From contig JASAOG010000245.1 in assembly GCA_030265305.1 (NCBI GenBank), forward strand, positions 105,822-169,821: DNA of 64,000 nt, read 5' to 3'. Every line of letters begins with the position of its first letter. The first letter of the stretch is position 1. Positions 41,393-54,582 of the stretch are shown here, one piece after another. The notes under the pieces were generated by a model that worked only from the letters and a program-made list of their open reading frames with translations, had not been told where the DNA came from and made no database searches. The DNA is from Biomphalaria pfeifferi (Eukaryota). A program made the translations under genes and the position numbers.

Positions 41393-41925
41393 CCTTATCT
41401 TATCTTATATAATACAGACGTTACTTCAAAACAGAAGATGATTACATATGCATGATATGCATATTAACCAATGACTTAAATTCTGCCAAGTCACTGGTTT
41501 TTCTGGCTAGCTCAGGCAACCCATTCCATGCTCTAATAGCACTAGGGAAGAAGGAGTATTTGTACAAATTTGTCCTAGCATAGGGGACAAGGAATGTGCC
41601 TTTATTTTTGTGTCTTTCAGAGTATTTTATTAAGTTTTGTTTTTGTATTTGAAGATTATGGTTCAGTGTTTTATGTATAATTGCTACTTTACTTTTGAGT
41701 CTTCTTTCCTGAAGGCTTTCTAAATTTAGTGATTTTACTAATGGTGTTACTCTAGTCAAATGTGAATATTCGTTTGTTATGAATCTCACTGCTCTATTTT
41801 GTGTTTGTTCCAGTTTCTTAATGTTTTCTTGAGTTGAGGGGGTCTCAAATGGTGGATGCATATTCTATTATTGGCCTAACCAAGGTTAAATAACATTTTA
41901 GTTTTATGTTCTTATTTGATCCTTT
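41393..41925 (-). mobile_element. LINE family 1 copy, 3' 530 bp
   Basis: ORF 41442-41861 is more than 90% identical to the C-terminus of the 33928 copy. The 3' tail at 41393-41460 is shared. Confidence 0.8.
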
Positions 41926-42169
41926 TAGAGGCTACACGTTGAGTGATTAAAAAAAAAAAACAAGGCCTTTGTTTGTTATAAAAATAAAGAGCTCAGTGTA
42001 TGCATGTGTACAGTTATCGATACTCAAACATAATGATTTTGAGGACAGGTATACTTATAACTGGATGCCTATTATATGATATGCAATTTATGGGCCTAAT
42101 TGTAGGCCTATAGAAATGCCTGGGCCGATTTCGACACCCTGCTCTCTATCTGTCTATATATATATATAT

Positions 42170-42440
42170 ATTTCTACTAAAGAGATATTAAGGACATCCA
42201 AAAGATATTAAGAACATCGAAAAGAAATTTAGGATATAAAAAAAAAGTTGTGGGGCCTGAAAAAGATATGTAGGATATCAAAAAAGTAGGACCTGAAAAA
42301 AAGAGACGCATGGCTTGAAAAAGAGATGTGGGACTTCAAAAAGACATTTAGGGCATCAAAAATGTATTTAAGGCTGAAAAAGAGATTTTGTGCCTTAGAA
42401 AGATATATTAGACATTACAAACAGATTAATTTCATCAGAA
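42170..42440. repeat. Degenerate tandem repeat, about 24-27-bp unit (aaaagatattaaggacatc-like)
   Basis: Recurring aaaagaNatNtaggRcatcNaaaa motifs, roughly 10 copies. Confidence 0.6.
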
Positions 42441-42744
42441 AAAAAAATGGTTGATTACATACCAAATCGCAGAGCTCTACTTAGCAACTAATCATCTGAA
42501 GCTTTGTATCCCCTACACGTCTTCTGTAGAAGGGAAAGTATAAAGTAGAAAACACAAGCAGACGACACGGAAATTAAAGCGTTTCTTATTTTTAAATTGC
42601 AGACTAAACGAAACAATACAAGTGTGTTTTGTGAGTCACATAGAATGCTAGTATCGTTGAGAGAGGCGTGAATTATTTGCTCAAAGTAAGAAATGACGGA
42701 GGAAATGCCTCTTTTAGGACCTATTGTACGGTTGATGTAAAGGT

Positions 42745-42850
42745 TACCTATTTCTGTATCCGACGGCTAACGAGACTGTGATGTGGCCAACACAACGCCC
42801 AATCACCTTGACCTTCCCTCACTCAAGCCAGGCACCCATTAAAGCTTCCA
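42745..42850 (-). mobile_element. Repeat family B fragment
   Basis: Partial match to the family B body in reverse. Confidence 0.45.
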
Positions 42851-44011
42851 CGTAGCACTAAGCAGCTGTTAGATCAAATTTATTTTTAGTTTTCTGCAAG
42901 CGTCTACAATGTCATTGTTCATTGTCGACGGATTTTTTTTTTGGAACAAGCGTGCTTTCTTGCAACAGAAGCGGACAAGTTCATTCTATAAAATGAGCGA
43001 GGTTGCTTAACTCTTTCTCTCCGTAATTATTTACCACATTCTGATGGAATCAATGTTTGTATCGTGAGTTAGGAGAGAAAGAGTTAATGCAGTGTTGAAA
43101 AGAACGGGGAAAGTCAGTAGTAGTGATGAGCCTGAACGAAGAGAGTTAAACTTGTTTAATTGTATTGTACAGTGTGTATATTTTAGTCAAGTGATTCCTA
43201 GTTCCAGAATTAAAGTTTTGTATTTATTGTTGTAGTAGTTTCGTTGTTTGAATTAACAGTTTACATTAGAATCTCCTGCATAACGAAATAGTTTGAGTGT
43301 TCAGTAATTGTTTAAATATAGATATCTACACTAAATTATAACATCAGAAACGCATTGTCTGTTCAACACAAATCTCATCGTAGCATCAAGACATCCTCAC
43401 TGTGTACCAAACAAAGCAATGTTAGGATACAATCCATTTTTCAAATCTTAAAATTACACAAAAATCCTTCAATGGCCTCAGTAGGCCCCTATTGGTTATA
43501 AGTCTGGGCACATTAACCCCTTTAGCACCATGGCTGCTACGTCATTGCCTCCGCTTTTCATTTTTTTTTTTACTATGGAGCCCTCTATAACGGACAAATC
43601 GACATTTTCATAGTATTAGTGTTATTATATTATAAAACTTTTCTATGCCTCGTCCAAGTTAGAAAGAAAATGGGCGCATTTGAAATTTTCCCATCCCCTA
43701 ATTCCCCCCCCCCCCCCTCCCTCTCTACACATTATAATACGAATGTATTTGCGACGGCGAGCTTTTAGTAATAGATCTCTACACGCCTATCAGTTGATCG
43801 ACATATAGGAGTGAGGGATTAGGCTGCTCTAAGACATATTTTTCTCGCCCAGACCAAATTGACCACCACATCGAACAATGGGATGACCAATTGTTGTCAC
43901 TCTCCACCGGGGGGGGGGGGGGGGGGCAGTGCCTTGTCCATTGATCCCTGCGACACGCTTGACCGGGTGTGGTATGTCGGTGACTTAAAAATGTCAGACA
44001 ACGAAGAGATA

Positions 44012-44042
<31 letters not shown>

Positions 44043-44469
44043 CGGGGTGGGGGCGGGGGACCGATAATGGTGGTTGGTTTAAGGTCATCGTGTCACAATG
44101 GAATGAGGTTATTGAAATGTCATTATAATCCCCAGGTTCCACCGTCAATATTGAGGATCAGTCGAATGAATACCACGAACTTAAAGCTGCACTGTAGCCA
44201 ATATAATAGTCAAAATCCGTCAATGATATCTCCCTCCCCCCACCTCCCTTTTTAATGAAAAAAATAACAATGGACGCTTAAAATGTGTTGTCCAAACGTA
44301 GGTCGAAAGGAAAATCTTTCTGATATTAACCAAGAAAAATATAAAAATACCTTTTAAAAAAAAAAAGATATATCATATTAGGAGAAAAACTCCACATTTA
44401 CATCTATATTTCTCAATAATGTAGCAATCATTTTCCCTTTTCAATTGCAAACAAAATAATTAGTTACCA

Positions 44470-44700
44470 ATAATTTTTTATTTTGCTAGGTACAATATAT
44501 AATTGCTTGAAGCTTTCCCTTCATTCCAGAATGGGTGTGGGAGAAATAACATGTTCAAACTTTTCCACTAGACTGACTGATTTTGTGAGAGGATATAAGC
44601 TTAGGGAAAAAAAATGTTTTGCGTGCTTAAAACTGTAAACTTCTTTAGGCTTTAATGGGAACACTTATCGACTCACTCTGACTGTCTGTCTGTCAGGTAA
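44470..44700 (+). mobile_element. Repeat family D copy (diverged)
   Basis: The segment gctaggtacaatatataattgcttgaagc...gaatgggtgtgggagaaataacatgttcaaacttttccactagactgactg matches the family D consensus loosely. Confidence 0.5.
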
Positions 44701-45079
44701 AAAGTTTGAACATGATTTTTCTCCCATTTCCCATTCTAGAATCAAGTTAAAACTTTGCACCATTATTCATTTAACCTGACAGTCATGAATCAATAAAAAA
44801 AAATACATATTAGTTAATTAATCATTGATGTACTTATTTTGTTTGATATGGAAATAAGGGGAATAAATGCTACTTAATGAAAGATGTCGATGTATAGATG
44901 TATTTAATGATGATGATTACGTTTGTGTGCAAACGTATTATTTTTATTTAAAGAACGCCAGTTATTTTGGTCTATTATAAGAATTATATCTGAGTTTTAA
45001 GTCTATTGTGTACTTATTGTTATATTACTAAAATTATAATGCGTGAATTTTAATAATAATAATTATAATGTTGATGTTA

Positions 45080-45650
45080 ATGTCGGTTTGGATGGCGTAG
45101 GGCATGAGATTCGCCAATTGGGAAGAAAAAATACTCCACGGAAAATCCCAGCCTTTATTAGATGGCTAAAACATCGACAAGGCTGCTTCCTTGGCATTGC
45201 TCAAAGCAGGTCATCTCTACACTGAAACAGAAGGCTTTGTTACAGCAATACAGGACAGAGTAATTAGGACAAAATTTGTCGACAAGTGCCGAAAATGTGG
45301 AAATGTGGGTGAGTCGATTGAACACATTATGGCAGGATGTCCAGCCTTATCAGAATCAGCCTACCCAGTTCGCCATAACCAAATTGCAAAGCTAATACAC
45401 CAACACTTGTCTTTGACACCCAATTTGATCGGTAAGGATACTCCTTCATATTATAAATACTCACCACAAGAGGTTCTCGAGTCTACTGAAAATCTGCTGT
45501 ACTGGGATAGGCCTATTCTGACCGACAAAACGGTAGATTTCAATCGCCTTGATCTGCTGTTCATCGATAAAAAAAAAAGAAAAAACCGCTACCATTATCG
45601 ATATCGCCTGTGATGTGCTTGTTCAGGCTGTCTTGAGGTCAACTATAGAT
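45080..45650 (+). mobile_element. LINE family 3, 3' fragment of ORF2 (CCHC knuckle plus a 'NRLDLLFIDKKK' tail)
   Basis: ORF 45191-45613 reads ...TEGFVTAIQDRVIRTKFVDKCRKCGNVGESIEHIMAGCPALSESAYPVRHNQIAKLIHQHL...LYWDRPILTDKTVDFNRLDLLFIDKKK.... This motif set is typical of CR1/Jockey-like LINE ORF2 C-termini. A frameshift separates it from the upstream ORF 45043-45225. Confidence 0.6.
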
Positions 45651-46559
45651 GACTGTTGAATTTCAACCAATTACTCTGCAAGCGTTTGAGTTTTATTGTT
45701 CGGGTGTATTCAGTGGAGTTGATCAACAATACAGACTAAACAAGACGATGGATGTAACGAGTCAAGAGATGTGGTCAACACTGAGGAACAGTTCATACTA
45801 GATTTGTTCCAATAAAAGGCCGCAGTAAAAGTCTCTGTCAAAATAAACACGTCTTTACCCTAGAGAATTCTATCGCCAACTGATTTTCCGGTCTCTAACC
45901 CAACATATCCCAAACGTCACTAGTCCCGTTCAATACACGTCATCTACGGTGCGTCGCTAAAAAACTAATACTATAAATAAAGTGTCTAACAGATTTCTCC
46001 CCCCCCCCCCCCCCTTGAAAAAAAAATATGTCAATATTTTTCTACTACTGTCACGTCTTACAAGGGCATTTGCAATTTATGGGGAAGACAACAAACATAA
46101 AATCTTGACATCTTCATCTTGGCTAGACAGTTCATGATGTTCCTGCCAATGTTCATATCATTACACTTTGTATACTTCCAAAGTTCCAAAATCATCTTCA
46201 TTCAATAAAAAGTTCATCATGTGGCATCTCATGGGCACGTCATATCGTATTACCTCTCACAAATGTTCTCCACTGGCAGTAATCTGACAAAATATAATAT
46301 TTCAAAAACAATTATAAACTTTATTTCCACATTCAATAAGCTTTTCCTTACCACCCTTTTATACGCTTTTCGTCCATTTTTCTTTTATACTCACCCTTTT
46401 CCATCGACCTAACTTTTGTCAATGATTTATGAAATGATTCACAAAAATATATCCATACTTACTTTCAAATGCTTAACATCAAATCTACTTATCTCCCTTT
46501 TCCATTAACACATAAATTGTGTCAATATATTAATATATGTATTACATAATAAATATAAT

Positions 46560-48660
46560 CATAGTTTATTTACAAAATTATCTCATTTCATTTCAATGTC
46601 ATACTAGATAACAAATCAGCTACAATATTCACAGATCCACTAATAGCTTTCACTTCAAATTTATATTCCCGTAGTGCTAAGAACCATCTATATAAACGAC
46701 TGTTTTTCATACTCTTTTGTTGTATATACTGAATAGGTTTATGATCAGTTAATAATATGAATTTCCTCCCTATTTAGTAACTCTAGCTTAGTAATTACCC
46801 ATATTAAAGCTAATGCTTCCCGTTCAATGACACTATATTTTTTTTATGCCTCTGATAATTTTCTACTTACATATAATATAGGATGTAAGTTATCATAGTT
46901 CTGCATTAGACAACCACCAATAGCACTACCAGATGCATCAGTTGTGACATAAAATATTTTGTCTTTATCTGGTAGTCTCAATATTAATTCATGACTAAAA
47001 ATATCTTTAATTCTGTCAATAGCTTTCACACATTCCTCATTACAGACTACTTTTTGAGGTTTTCTTTTTTTAAGTAAATCATTTAATGGATTCACTATTT
47101 CTGCTAAGTTCTTTATGAACTTTCTCTAATAATTTACTATTCCTAATATGTTTTTAATTTGTCTTTTTGTTGTAGGTATTTCAATATTAAGTACATTCTT
47201 TATGTCATCTTCAATAGGGCTAATCATGTTGTTATTTACTTTATGTCCTAAGAAAATTATTTCCTCCAATCCTATTTCCACTTTTTCTGCCTGAATTGTA
47301 AGTCCACTTTCTTTTATTATTTTGAACACTTCTTTTACATCTACCAAATGTTCTTCCCAACTATTATTAAAAATACATATGTCATCCAAATAACAAATAA
47401 CATTTTCTTTATTTCCAATTATCATGTTCATCATTCTATTAAATGTGGCTGGTGCATTTACTAACCCAAAACTCATATAATTCCATTGAAAAATACCACA
47501 TGGTGTTACAAATGCTGTGTAAAGTTTTGCATTTTCTGTTAATGGTATTTGCCAATAACCTTTAGTTAAATCCAATTTAGTAAAAAATTTTGCTCCATTT
47601 AATTTATGTAAAATATCCTCTATATTTGGCATTGGATATGGGTCAAATTCTGTGATGTTGTTAAGTTTCCTATAGCCAATACATAACCGTATATCTCCAT
47701 TTTTCTTTTTGGCTATCACAATTGGTGAAGCATAAGGTGATGTTGATGGTTCAATTATACCTGATTCTAGTAAATTGTCTATTTCTTTTTTTACTTTGTC
47801 TTGTAAATGTAAAGGTATTCTATATGGCTTAAGCTTGATAGGTTTTGGATCAGCTACTTTAATGTCATGTTTAATAATATTTGTTTTTCCTGGTATTTTG
47901 GAAAAAATTTCCTTGTATTCCTGTATTATTTTAGTAATATCTTTTGACTTTTCCTTAGTTAAATTATTAAGATTAATCTTTTGCCAAGTTTGATTCTCGT
48001 TTGTTTCTATTACAAGTATTTCCTTAATGTCATTTTCATTGTGATTTTCATTTGTTATTATCATCAAGCACTCTTCTCTCTCTGAAAACCTATTTTCTAT
48101 TTCCTCCTGAATGTTTTGTATCAACTCATCTTCTCTATCATGATACAGTTTCAAATTATTTATGTGATATGTTTTAATTTTCCCATTTATTTCAATATGA
48201 TAATTCACATCACTAATTTGTTTTATCACCTTAAATGGACCTTTCCATTGTTTACCAATCTTATTTTTGAGATCATTTATTAATATTAATACACTGTTTC
48301 CTACTTCTAGTGTTTTTAATTGTCTTTTCTTATTTATATTCTCATGAGCACTTTGTTTGTACTTCTTATTGTTATTATATGCTTGAGTTTATATTTCTTT
48401 CAATTCTGTTGTGATTGTTGTTTCATTGTCCTTATTTAATCTATTCTCATTGTCTATTAGATTTTCTTTGAAAACATCTAATTCATCTCTGGGTTTTCTT
48501 CCATGTATTATTTCATATGGTGAAAATTGTGTTGCTTCATGGATGTTGTTTCTATGAGCAAATAGTACATAGTTAATGTAATGATCCCATTTATTCTGAA
48601 TTATTATTGTCAGTGATCTTTTCAGTGAACCACCATGACGTTCACATAAACCGTTACTCT
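46560..48660 (-). mobile_element. Degenerate internal region of a Ty3/gypsy-type LTR retrotransposon with IN-RT-RNaseH order (Gmr1-like arrangement)
   Basis: Order read 5'->3' on the minus strand. (1) 48660-48230 integrase core/C-terminus: HPESNGLCERHGGSLKR...FSPYEIIHGRKPR...VGNSVLILINDLKNKIGKQWKGPFKVIKQISDVNYHIEING. (2) 48229-47126 RT: ...KLDLTKGYWQIPL...YLDDICIF.... (3) 47095-46600 RNase H: ...TTDASGSAIGGCLMQ...RKLSEA*KKYSVIEREALALIW...DHKPIQYI...RLYRWFLALREYKFEVKAISGSVNIVADLLS. Internal stops are present. The 5' side is truncated at a LINE fragment (48668). Confidence 0.75.
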
Positions 48661-48667
48661 CTGGATT

Positions 48668-48912
48668 CAGTCATGCATATTAACCAATAAATTCTGCTAA
48701 GTCACTGTCTTTCCTGGCTAGCTCAGGCAACCCATTCCATGCTTTTATAGCGCTAGGGAAGAAGGAGCGTTTGTGCAAATTAGTCCTAGCATATGGAACG
48801 AGGAATGTGCCTTTATCTTTGTGTCTTTCTGAGTATTTTATTAGATTTTGTTTTTGTATTTGAAGGTTATGGTTTAGTGTTTTAAATATAATTGCTACTT
48901 TACTTTAGAGCA
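48668..48912 (-). mobile_element. LINE family 1, 3'-region fragment abutting the LTR-element fragment
   Basis: The segment gtcatgcatattaaccaat...ctggctagctcaggcaacccattccatgc... matches 34010-34260. It lacks the terminal (GATAA)n. Confidence 0.7.
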
Positions 48913-49919
48913 GTGGTCTTCAACCTTTTTGGCCTACCGCCGCCTTTTCGAATTTTTTCTTTAAAAAAATCCTCCAGCGCCCCCCTCTAAGAAAAACAGA
49001 TACAAAGAAGCGTGAGAAAGTAAATTTGAAAAAATATCACCTATCTATTAATTTTTATGCTGTCAATAACACTTATCCCGCTTGGAAGACGACCACATGC
49101 CAAAGGCGATTGTTGTGAACTCCTTGGCCTATGACTGACGAGCTTTTAGGAGGACTGAGTTACAGAGGTGCCCCCCCTCCCCCGTGAGCGCTATTAAGAT
49201 TTATTCAGGCGCCATTTCGCTCTCACTGGCATAGCAGAAAGTACCTGGCAGCATTATCTGGCAGCAGTTAGCCTCTGAGAGAAACAGTTCGAGAGCTCTT
49301 ACAAAAACTGCGGAACAAACATTTGATACTCAAAGAAAAGCCAGCCTACAACGGTTATGTCTGCATAAACTTCGGGAAAATATGTAGGTCGCAGTTGGGT
49401 TTGCTTAGTTCTGTGAAACACTGGACTCAGAGGTATCTTCGGAATTAAAGGCAAAAACAGCCAATACTATCATTCTGCAAAAATTATGTCAAATAATTTG
49501 CAGTGATTACACACAAAAATTAATTGTAAAGACTTTCTTTCAAATCCTAAGAATAGTCTCCGTTTAAATTTTTGAATATTAGGGCCTACTGTTTTTAGGT
49601 TTAATTGTAAATTTAGTTTTATTTTTTAATATACACATTATTATTGCTGAATTCAGTACAAAAAGAAATCAAGCTAATGGGAACCTTGTGCTTCCTGCAG
49701 TCTGACAATATTAGAAATTTCAAACTTTAAATTAGCCAAAGCAAAGCGAAGGTCTCCTCTAGTGCCTACATCCAGTCTTTTTCTTTGCTTATTCATTAAC
49801 TTTGTTAAGCACTAAATCTAGGTTATGTTTACTGAAAAGCTAAAACATAATTCCAATGTCGACCAAAGTTTTGGAATTCTACTTAAACATTTAAATACAG
49901 CCACATCTCTGTTGTGCCT

Positions 49920-50103
49920 CCAGGGGCGTAGCTAGGAATTTCCATCGTTTGGGGGCCAAGGGGCTTGACATCTTTGGGGGCCGCTGCATTTTGCGTAACA
50001 TTTAATTCCATTAATTAAAAAAGCACTAATTTGGGCCCCCTTCCCTTAAATGGGGATTTTCAAATTCCCCCCCCTCCCCCCACCTTAGCTACGCCACTGT
50101 GGG
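49920..50103. mobile_element. MITE-like element copy (shorter; terminal inverted repeats gcgtagctagg / ttagctacgccactg)
   Basis: Both termini and the internal ggggcttgac...tttgggggcc motifs are shared with the other copies. Confidence 0.6.
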
Positions 50104-50249
50104 CCTCCTATGTTTACATTCTTTTTACTGAAGACATAGTTTTGTAAATCTATTTTTTCATGCAACTCAATTTGAACTTCAGTAACAGATGTTTAATAGT
50201 TGTCATTGATACATTTTTTTTTAAATTTTAGAAGTGAATCTTAATTTCT

Positions 50250-50425
50250 TGGATGGCTGCCTGGTCGTGCGGTTTGCGCGCTGGATTGTCGTTCAGATTT
50301 ATCGGTGGTCCAGGGTTCAAACCCTGCCCGCTCCCATCCCCCGTCGTCCTGCGGGAGGTTTGGACTAGGAAGTAATTATCTTCAACTCTGAAGGAACATC
50401 CGAAACATTTAAAACAAACAAAACA
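50250..50425 (+). mobile_element. Repeat family A copy
   Basis: Matches the family A consensus. Confidence 0.75.
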
Positions 50426-52291
50426 AACATTTCTTCATAGAGCATTGTTATGTGAATTGCATAGATATCGGTGTCCTTGGGCAGTAATTCATTTGTCAAC
50501 AAACAAGTTATGTTAGATTGTAAAACTCTTTAAAATAGATTTAATATCTCGATAAAAGAAAGAATGATACAATCAATGAAAGTACATTTCTTTCCTAGCA
50601 GTCGGAGGTTCGTTGCATTCATTTGTGTTAGATGCCTACTATGTAAAACAATTTTTTTAGCCTGCTTTAAGTCATCGCCAACCGTTGAATCTTCCAGTGT
50701 CTCAAAAAAAAATTATCTAAGAGCTTAAAAAAAAGAGCCATAACAATTAACAATCCCATTTCGAAATCCAGCGAACTTCAGTTTACAACAAGAGTCTAAC
50801 ATCTTTTTTCATCATTTGTTTCACAATACTGTTGAAAGATGCGCTTATTTTTGGCATGGGTTTGTATTTTATTTACAATGTTATAATTAGATTCAAATAG
50901 AAATGAAATTGCGGGCTAAACTTTTCTTGTGTATCATAACTCACAATGTGAATGGTGAATAGATTTGTTCTTTATTTTATATTACCTATGAAGTATTGTA
51001 GCGTCCAACCACAGATGGTTTCCTATATGTCCTCATAAGCTACATAACTAGACAATTTTGAAATAATATTTCATCTCTAACAGAAAAAAAAAAATTTTTG
51101 TGTTACATATGTTTTAAAATAAATTTAGCTTTAATCAATTTTTCAACCATATCATAACAATTTTTAAAAAGCTATGCATTTTTCTAAGAAGCCATTAAAA
51201 GATATCCTGCTTTGCCGTTTTTTGTTTTTGATATTGTTTTAATTGTAGATTTTTATTATTGCTCATGAATATTCTTAAATTATTTATGATATCGCTATAT
51301 GTTTGTGAAGCCGACTTGGTTTCATAACCTCATCTGGAAATGCCATCAAAGTAGAACTTACTTTTTTTCTAGTGGCAATTCACTAAATCTCAAGGAAATA
51401 TTACATGACATAACAGTGAGTTTTCGTAACAACATTTTATCAATGTTTTTTGTTTTTAAAAAGTTAAATTCTTCTATTAAATGTTACCTGTAATGTTTTT
51501 TTCAATTAACATTGACATATCAATATATTAACATTTGTAGATAAAATAAACTATAATCTAAAAGGTGTATTACCTACTTTGTTTCTCTAATCTTAAACGT
51601 TTATACGCGCGAGATCCAAGGACAATTGATACTCCCTAATCACAGCAAAAGAGTAAGAATTTAAAAATAGAAAATGGGATTTCCCGAACTCCATTTCTAA
51701 CGCTGTTTCTGTTCTTAAATTAGAAGTGAACTATAATTTGTGTATATTTAGTTTCAAAGTTCAAAGACTCAAAAAAAACAAAGATTTACTGTTGCAGGGG
51801 TAAACGACTGTATAGAAAATACGAAAAACATGCATACATGTAACCTTGGTCCTTGTTTTACTTGGTCCGGCAGGGTTACATATATGCATGTCTTTCGTAT
51901 TAGTTTTAAAGTTGTAAGTGAACGGATGCTGCGAGGGTGGGGAGGGGCTAGCTGGGGCTTGTGACCTTTGACCACTGGGGTGGTAATTTGCATACGGACG
52001 AAATGACTGGATCGGAAGAATGTTTTTTTGGACATTCCGATGGTCTAGAGAGGTTAGTTTCGCTTGGTGCGTTATCGCTAGGCGGTGGTGTCGAATCCGG
52101 AGTCACAGATTCGAGCCTCGATCGGCGCATGCCCTTTTTTTCGTAGAATGTTAATTCGCTACTTTCTCTCTTAAAAACTTGGTCCCTGGTGCTGTTATTC
52201 ATTTATGTTTAATATATGTATGTATTATAAGGGAAATAGCTGCGCTTTTAGTTTTATTTTGTATTTACATTGCAGTTCTCCCCCTTGTTTT

Positions 52292-52331
<40 letters not shown>

Positions 52332-52829
52332 ATAGGGACCAGACCAATGATTTCCCCAGGAGTCTATGAAGACTTGCAAGTGGTTTACGAAAGTGAAAAA
52401 AATAAATTGGGGGTCTATGAGATGTCACCGGGGGTCTACAATCGTAGATTTCATATAGGAAGGTCGTGACATCCCATTAATGCAATGATTTCCTAAACAA
52501 ATCTAAGTCTAAAATGTGATTTTTACCTTAGATAATCTTTTAAATATATATCTTCCTATGGACATTTAAGATTGTTGCATTTAATTTCAATACTTATTTC
52601 AATAAATTAATTTTGTCTACGTGTAACTTATGTTTAACAAAAAGAAAGTAGACCGTACAGGGCTGATTATTTAGAATTGGGATTCATTCTTTCCTTGTCA
52701 AACAAGAGGTTGCCTAAGTGCCTTTTTATGACGATATGAAACCAATTACGCTGGAGGATCATTTAAGACAATGCCTGATAAAATAGATAAAGGTTTGAAA
52801 CACTTTTGAACACTCAAAGATAAAGACCA

Positions 52830-53545
52830 GAATAGTCTCCCTTGGACATCATAGAGAAGGGTTAAGGTTGACGATGGTTTTGTGACTGTCTAAAAATTTC
52901 TGGAACAGACGACGTATCTCCACAAAGCTAGGGGTCTAACAAGCTGTCATCCTCACTGCATTGCTCTATGCCTCAGAAACATTGGCAGTATACTGAAAAC
53001 ATGCAAAAATAAAACTGAACCACTTCCACGTGACATGTATAAAAAAAATATTGAATGTCAAATGTCAAGACAAAATACCAGAAGAGCGGGTCTGCAAAGC
53101 ATCCACACAATCCTGATGCAGTCCCAGCTGCGATGGGCAGGACACGTCTGCAGAATGAAAGACAGCCGTATCCCTAAACAACTCATGCATGGCCAATTAA
53201 AGAAAATAAAGCGTTCACAAGGCAGACAAAGAAAACGATTTAGGGACACCCTTAAAGCTTCTCTCAAAGCGTTCAGCATAAACCCAGCCACCTGGGAGAT
53301 AAAAGCACATGACAGAGCATCATGGCGTCGCGCTGTGAAAACTGGCGCACAGGTTGCTGAGGAAAAGAAAACAACGCTGGCAGAAGAAAAACGCCAGAGA
53401 AGAAAAGCAAGGCCAATGATACTAGCTCCAGCTGGAATAACCTGCCCAGTGTGTAGCCGAACATTCCGGGCTCACATAGGTCTCACCAGCCACACGAGGA
53501 GGCACAAAACCCCAGTGCAAAGCCCTCAGCCTCCTCGATGACAAA
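52830..53545 (+). mobile_element. LINE family 2 (L2/CR1-like), 3' portion of ORF2 with a C-terminal zinc finger, followed by a (TA)n(GATA)n tail
   Basis: ORF 53035-53541 reads ...LRWAGHVCRMKDSRIPKQLMHGQLKKIKRSQGRQRKRFRDTLKASLKAFSINPATWEIKAHDRASWRRAV...CPVCSRTFRAHIGLTSHTRRH. The LRWAGHV.RM...R.PK motif is characteristic of CR1/L2-clade ORF2 C-termini. The upstream ...LLYGSETWT-like stretch is degenerate. Confidence 0.75.
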
Positions 53546-53577
53546 AGTGGTCATCATCGAACCTCGATGGACGAACT

Positions 53578-53593
53578 ATATATATATATATAT

Positions 53594-53640
<47 letters not shown>

Positions 53641-53656
53641 TAGATATATATATACA
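53578..53656. repeat. (TA)n(GATA)n microsatellite forming the 3' tail of LINE family 2
   Basis: Read directly. It sits immediately after the ORF2 stop of the 52830-53545 copy. Confidence 0.9.
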
Positions 53657-53849
53657 CAATATCTCTTTACTTATAGCAAAATACGGAAAACACTCTAGGT
53701 AAAACATTCATTTTATCAGCCGTTGTAGTTGTAAAACCTGTTCTACACAAACCTACATCTGATAGTATTAAAAGAATTTCTTTAAGCAACAATACAGTTC
53801 AAAGGAACATCGGTGGTATTGTCCTTCAAACTATTCACTTTACCAAGAG

Positions 53850-53945
53850 GCCATTGGTTAATATGCATGACTGAATGCATCACGCGTACGACGTAATCAT
53901 CTTCTTTTTTGAAGTAACGTCTGTATAATATAAGATAAGATAAGA
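53850..53945 (+). mobile_element. LINE family 1, 3'-end fragment
   Basis: Shared tail ...ccattggttaatatgcatgactgaatgcatcacgcgtacgacgtaatcatc...ctgtataatataagataagataag. Confidence 0.7.
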
Positions 53946-54129
53946 CTCTTGAATGCAGCAATTTTATAACAGCTAACTGATTATAAACTTTTAAGCTATT
54001 ATTAACTCATCTTAGACGAGATGATTCGTATCTGGGGTTATTTTCTACTTTTTTGTTTGTGTCATTTGAAGAGAACAAAAATTGTCTGAAATCAAGCTCT
54101 CAAATATATTTGAGAATAGATGACGAATC

Positions 54130-54240
54130 AGACAAAACTTCTGACATCTGCTAGGGCAGGGGTTCTCAACCTGTGGGTCGAGACCCCCCTTGGGGGGTCG
54201 ATTGACGATTTGCCAGGGGTCGCCTAAGACCATCGAAAAA
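54130..54240. repeat. Interspersed repeat fragment (family E; core ggttctcaacct...gggtcg.gacccc...ggggtcg)
   Basis: Partially matched by 48913-48965 (gcagtggtcttcaacctttttggcctaccgccgcc). Contains an internal palindrome gggtcgagacccc. Confidence 0.35.
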
Positions 54241-54337
54241 ATGGATTGTTATTGTCTTTTCTTCTGTTGCTGTATGTATGTTCGGGGGTGGGGGTGGGGG
54301 TCGCGGCAGAGTGGGGGATTGTAAAAAGGTCTTGTGG

Positions 54338-54481
54338 TCACACAACAGTATCATCTACCATCGACTCTTTCATTAGGTAAGTGATGTAGTTGAACAGGTC
54401 AATCCAGGCTTGCTCCACTTCCGATGTCCAATGGTCCTTTAAAACTGGCCGGATAGCGATTATGAAATGTGGTCCTACCAA
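54338..54481 (-). CDS. Globin-like gene copy A, terminal exon (G/H helices), stop TGA at 54338-54340
   Basis: Acceptor gcgttcactcacag|TTG. Encodes LVGPHFIIAIRPVLKDHWTSEVEQAWIDLFNYITYLMKESMVDDTVV*. The pattern LG..(W/F)TPEV..AW..L(F/Y) matches neuroglobin/cytoglobin ...[25 protein letters not shown]. The intron sits at the conserved phase-0 G7 position. The paralogous copy at 62759-62890 is conserved at the protein level. Confidence 0.5.
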   Translation of the reverse strand: MVGPHFIIAIRPVLKDHWTSEVEQAWIDLFNYITYLMKESMVDDTVV

Positions 54482-54582
54482 CTGTGAGTGAACGCAGAGG
54501 AAAAATACATTATCATTATAAAGAGACATAATATAATAAAGCAAAATAATCTCATCTAACATCATGACATCATAAAACATCA

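Noticed and set aside
48913-49300. Possible 5' continuation (integrase N-terminus or protease) of the LTR element beyond the LINE fragment
   Set aside because: No zinc-finger HHCC motif, DDE motif or protease DTG/DSG motif could be read in any frame. It is treated as unrelated sequence.
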